Positions 61,342 through 62,676 of a stretch of DNA of 62,676 bases are shown piece by piece. The stretch is from Fibrobacteria bacterium. GTDB taxonomy: Bacteria; Fibrobacterota; Fibrobacteria; UBA11236. Within the stretch, counting starts at the first letter, position 1. Every line of letters starts with the position of its first letter. The notes below the pieces were generated by a model. The model was not told the DNA's origin and did not search any database. It worked only from the letters and a program-made list of their open reading frames with translations. A program made the position numbers and the translations under genes. The stretch is taken from positions 1 to 62,676 of the forward strand of contig JAYTSD010000002.1 of assembly GCA_043745805.1 (NCBI GenBank), read 5' to 3'.

Positions 61342-61971
61342 TTGGTAAATTTACGCCATAAAATCAAGCAGCGGACAAATGTGCTTCCTGGAGTTAGTTT
61401 TATCACATTAGTTTTTAAAAGGATTGGTATGCAAAGCACAAACTCTATGGAGCATAAACCTTCGAATATTCTTGCATTGATAGCTCGCTCTGAATTTGCG
61501 CAAACGCGTTGCTGGGTATATGGCAGTTCATTAGAAATTAATCCTGAAGATAATCGCATTATAGAAATCATGTCCGGTTTTTTATCGCGTTGGCGCGCCG
61601 ATGGTTTGCCGATTTCCGGACAATGGCAAATTTTGCATAAGCGTTTTATTGTGATAATTAAAGAACCTGATAACACTCCAATTTCCGGATGCGGAATGGA
61701 TTCTATGGTAAAAGATATTCGCAATGTGGAAAAAGCATTGGGAACGGAATTATTGGATTCAAGTCGCATTTTTTATCACATGGAATCCGGTGCGGTAGCT
61801 TGTGTGAATCGTGTGGAGTTTAAAGAATTAGTACGTAGTGGATCTATTACTTTAGAGACTTTAGTTTATAATCCCATTATTGAGCAATTGTACCAATTGA
61901 TCGATGGGGCTTTTGAAAAACCATTAAAGGATTCCTGGCATAAACAATTGTTTGATCGTGCACTGTTATAA
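61342..61971 (+). CDS. Conserved hypothetical protein with SGCxxD motif (start likely 61427 or 61447)
   Basis: RCWVY, ISGCGMDS, TLVYNP, PLKDSWH resemble a Bacteroidota-type conserved family. Confidence 0.7.
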   Translation: MVNLRHKIKQRTNVLPGVSFITLVFKRIGMQSTNSMEHKPSNILALIARSEFAQTRCWVYGSSLEINPEDNRIIEIMSGFLSRWRADGLPISGQWQILHKRFIVIIKEPDNTPISGCGMDSMVKDIRNVEKALGTELLDSSRIFYHMESGAVACVNRVEFKELVRSGSITLETLVYNPIIEQLYQLIDGAFEKPLKDSWHKQLFDRALL

Positions 61972-62176
61972 AAGTTGCTGCCAAGTTTATCAAGGACATT
62001 CCTTCCTTAGTTCTCTAGGCAAGATCGACCGTTGAACTTTGGGCCTGGTTTTTCGGAACGCACTTTGCCCAAAGGCGCGAATGGACATACGAAGGAGTAA
62101 TATAAATTCTACTTTATTTATCAGCATGACAGGCCTTTTCACAGTCTTCGCCGTTACTGTAGGATTAAAGTTATAA

Positions 62177-62572
62177 ATGGACAAAATTATTTTTTTCGAT
62201 GGCTACTGCTCGTTATGCAATACATTAGTTGATAAAATGTTACGTTGGGATAAAAAATCGGTTTTGAAGTTTGCGTCTATACAAGGTGAAACGGCAAAGA
62301 AAATGTTACCTCCAGAATTTATTGGAAAGATCGATCCACAAACTATAATTTATTGGCGTGAGAGGATATTATACCAACGCTCAACTGCTGTGTTAATGAG
62401 CCTGCGCGATTTAGGGGGAGTCTGGTCTTTGACTTCAATATTTTTGTGGATGCCAAAATTTTTGCGTGATCTTGTTTATCGGTTTATTGCGAAAATACGT
62501 TATCGAGTATTTGGTAAACGGAAAAAATGCCGGTTACCTATTGCCGAAGAACGAGAAAGATTATTGCCATAA
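62177..62572 (+). CDS. DCC-family (DUF393) thiol-disulfide oxidoreductase
   Basis: FFDGYCSLCN, FASIQ, RDLVYRFIAKIRYRVFG. Confidence 0.92.
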   Translation: MDKIIFFDGYCSLCNTLVDKMLRWDKKSVLKFASIQGETAKKMLPPEFIGKIDPQTIIYWRERILYQRSTAVLMSLRDLGGVWSLTSIFLWMPKFLRDLVYRFIAKIRYRVFGKRKKCRLPIAEERERLLP

Positions 62573-62631
62573 TGAAGTGATCTTATTTGAGTGAATTTTC
62601 GAACCAGTTCAAACTTAAAAAAGGAGAACTG

Positions 62632-62676
62632 ATGATAGAGGAAATTTTAAAACATTGTCGTCGCGGATCAGGTGGA
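62632..62676 (+). CDS. Partial CDS running off the window end
   Basis: AAGGAG RBS at 62621, ATG at 62632, open to the end. Confidence 0.5.
   Translation, partial: MIEEILKHCRRGSGG

Noticed and set aside
61990-62170. Slightly GC-richer intergenic stretch and ORF 61990..62184
   Set aside because: No recognisable RNA family, repeat or protein motif; could be a relic but unsupported

Overview
Low-GC bacterial chromosomal window, most likely Fibrobacterota. That assignment is inference from a TIGR02147-family gene with its partner lipoprotein and several secreted proteins with FlgD/T9SS-like C-terminal domains. The left 3 kb is a plasticity zone: an IS3-family left end, two type II toxin-antitoxin pairs (RelE/HigB-HTH and MazEF) bracketed by duplicated pieces of one neighbouring gene, and a discoidin-domain relic. 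The main candidate for an undescribed system is a poly-gamma-glutamate synthase operon (pgsB-pgsC-pgsW, no pgsA/capD in the window). It sits between a secreted TPR protein and a translationally coupled outer-membrane beta-barrel, the layout of a diderm synthase-dependent polymer exporter, and lies downstream of a TIGR02147 regulator/lipoprotein pair. The rest holds alpha-2-macroglobulin/PBP1C, relics of a nitrogen-oxide respiration cluster (nirK fragment, orphan EbdC-like heme b subunit), a frameshifted NarL-type regulator, housekeeping genes, a TPR/Ser-Thr kinase/FHA-GAF-sigma54 activator module followed by a candidate sigma54 promoter, a two-component system, an ABC exporter and two tandem paralogous giant surface proteins. 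No rRNA, tRNA or CRISPR array was seen. All family calls come from reading motifs by eye; no searches were run.
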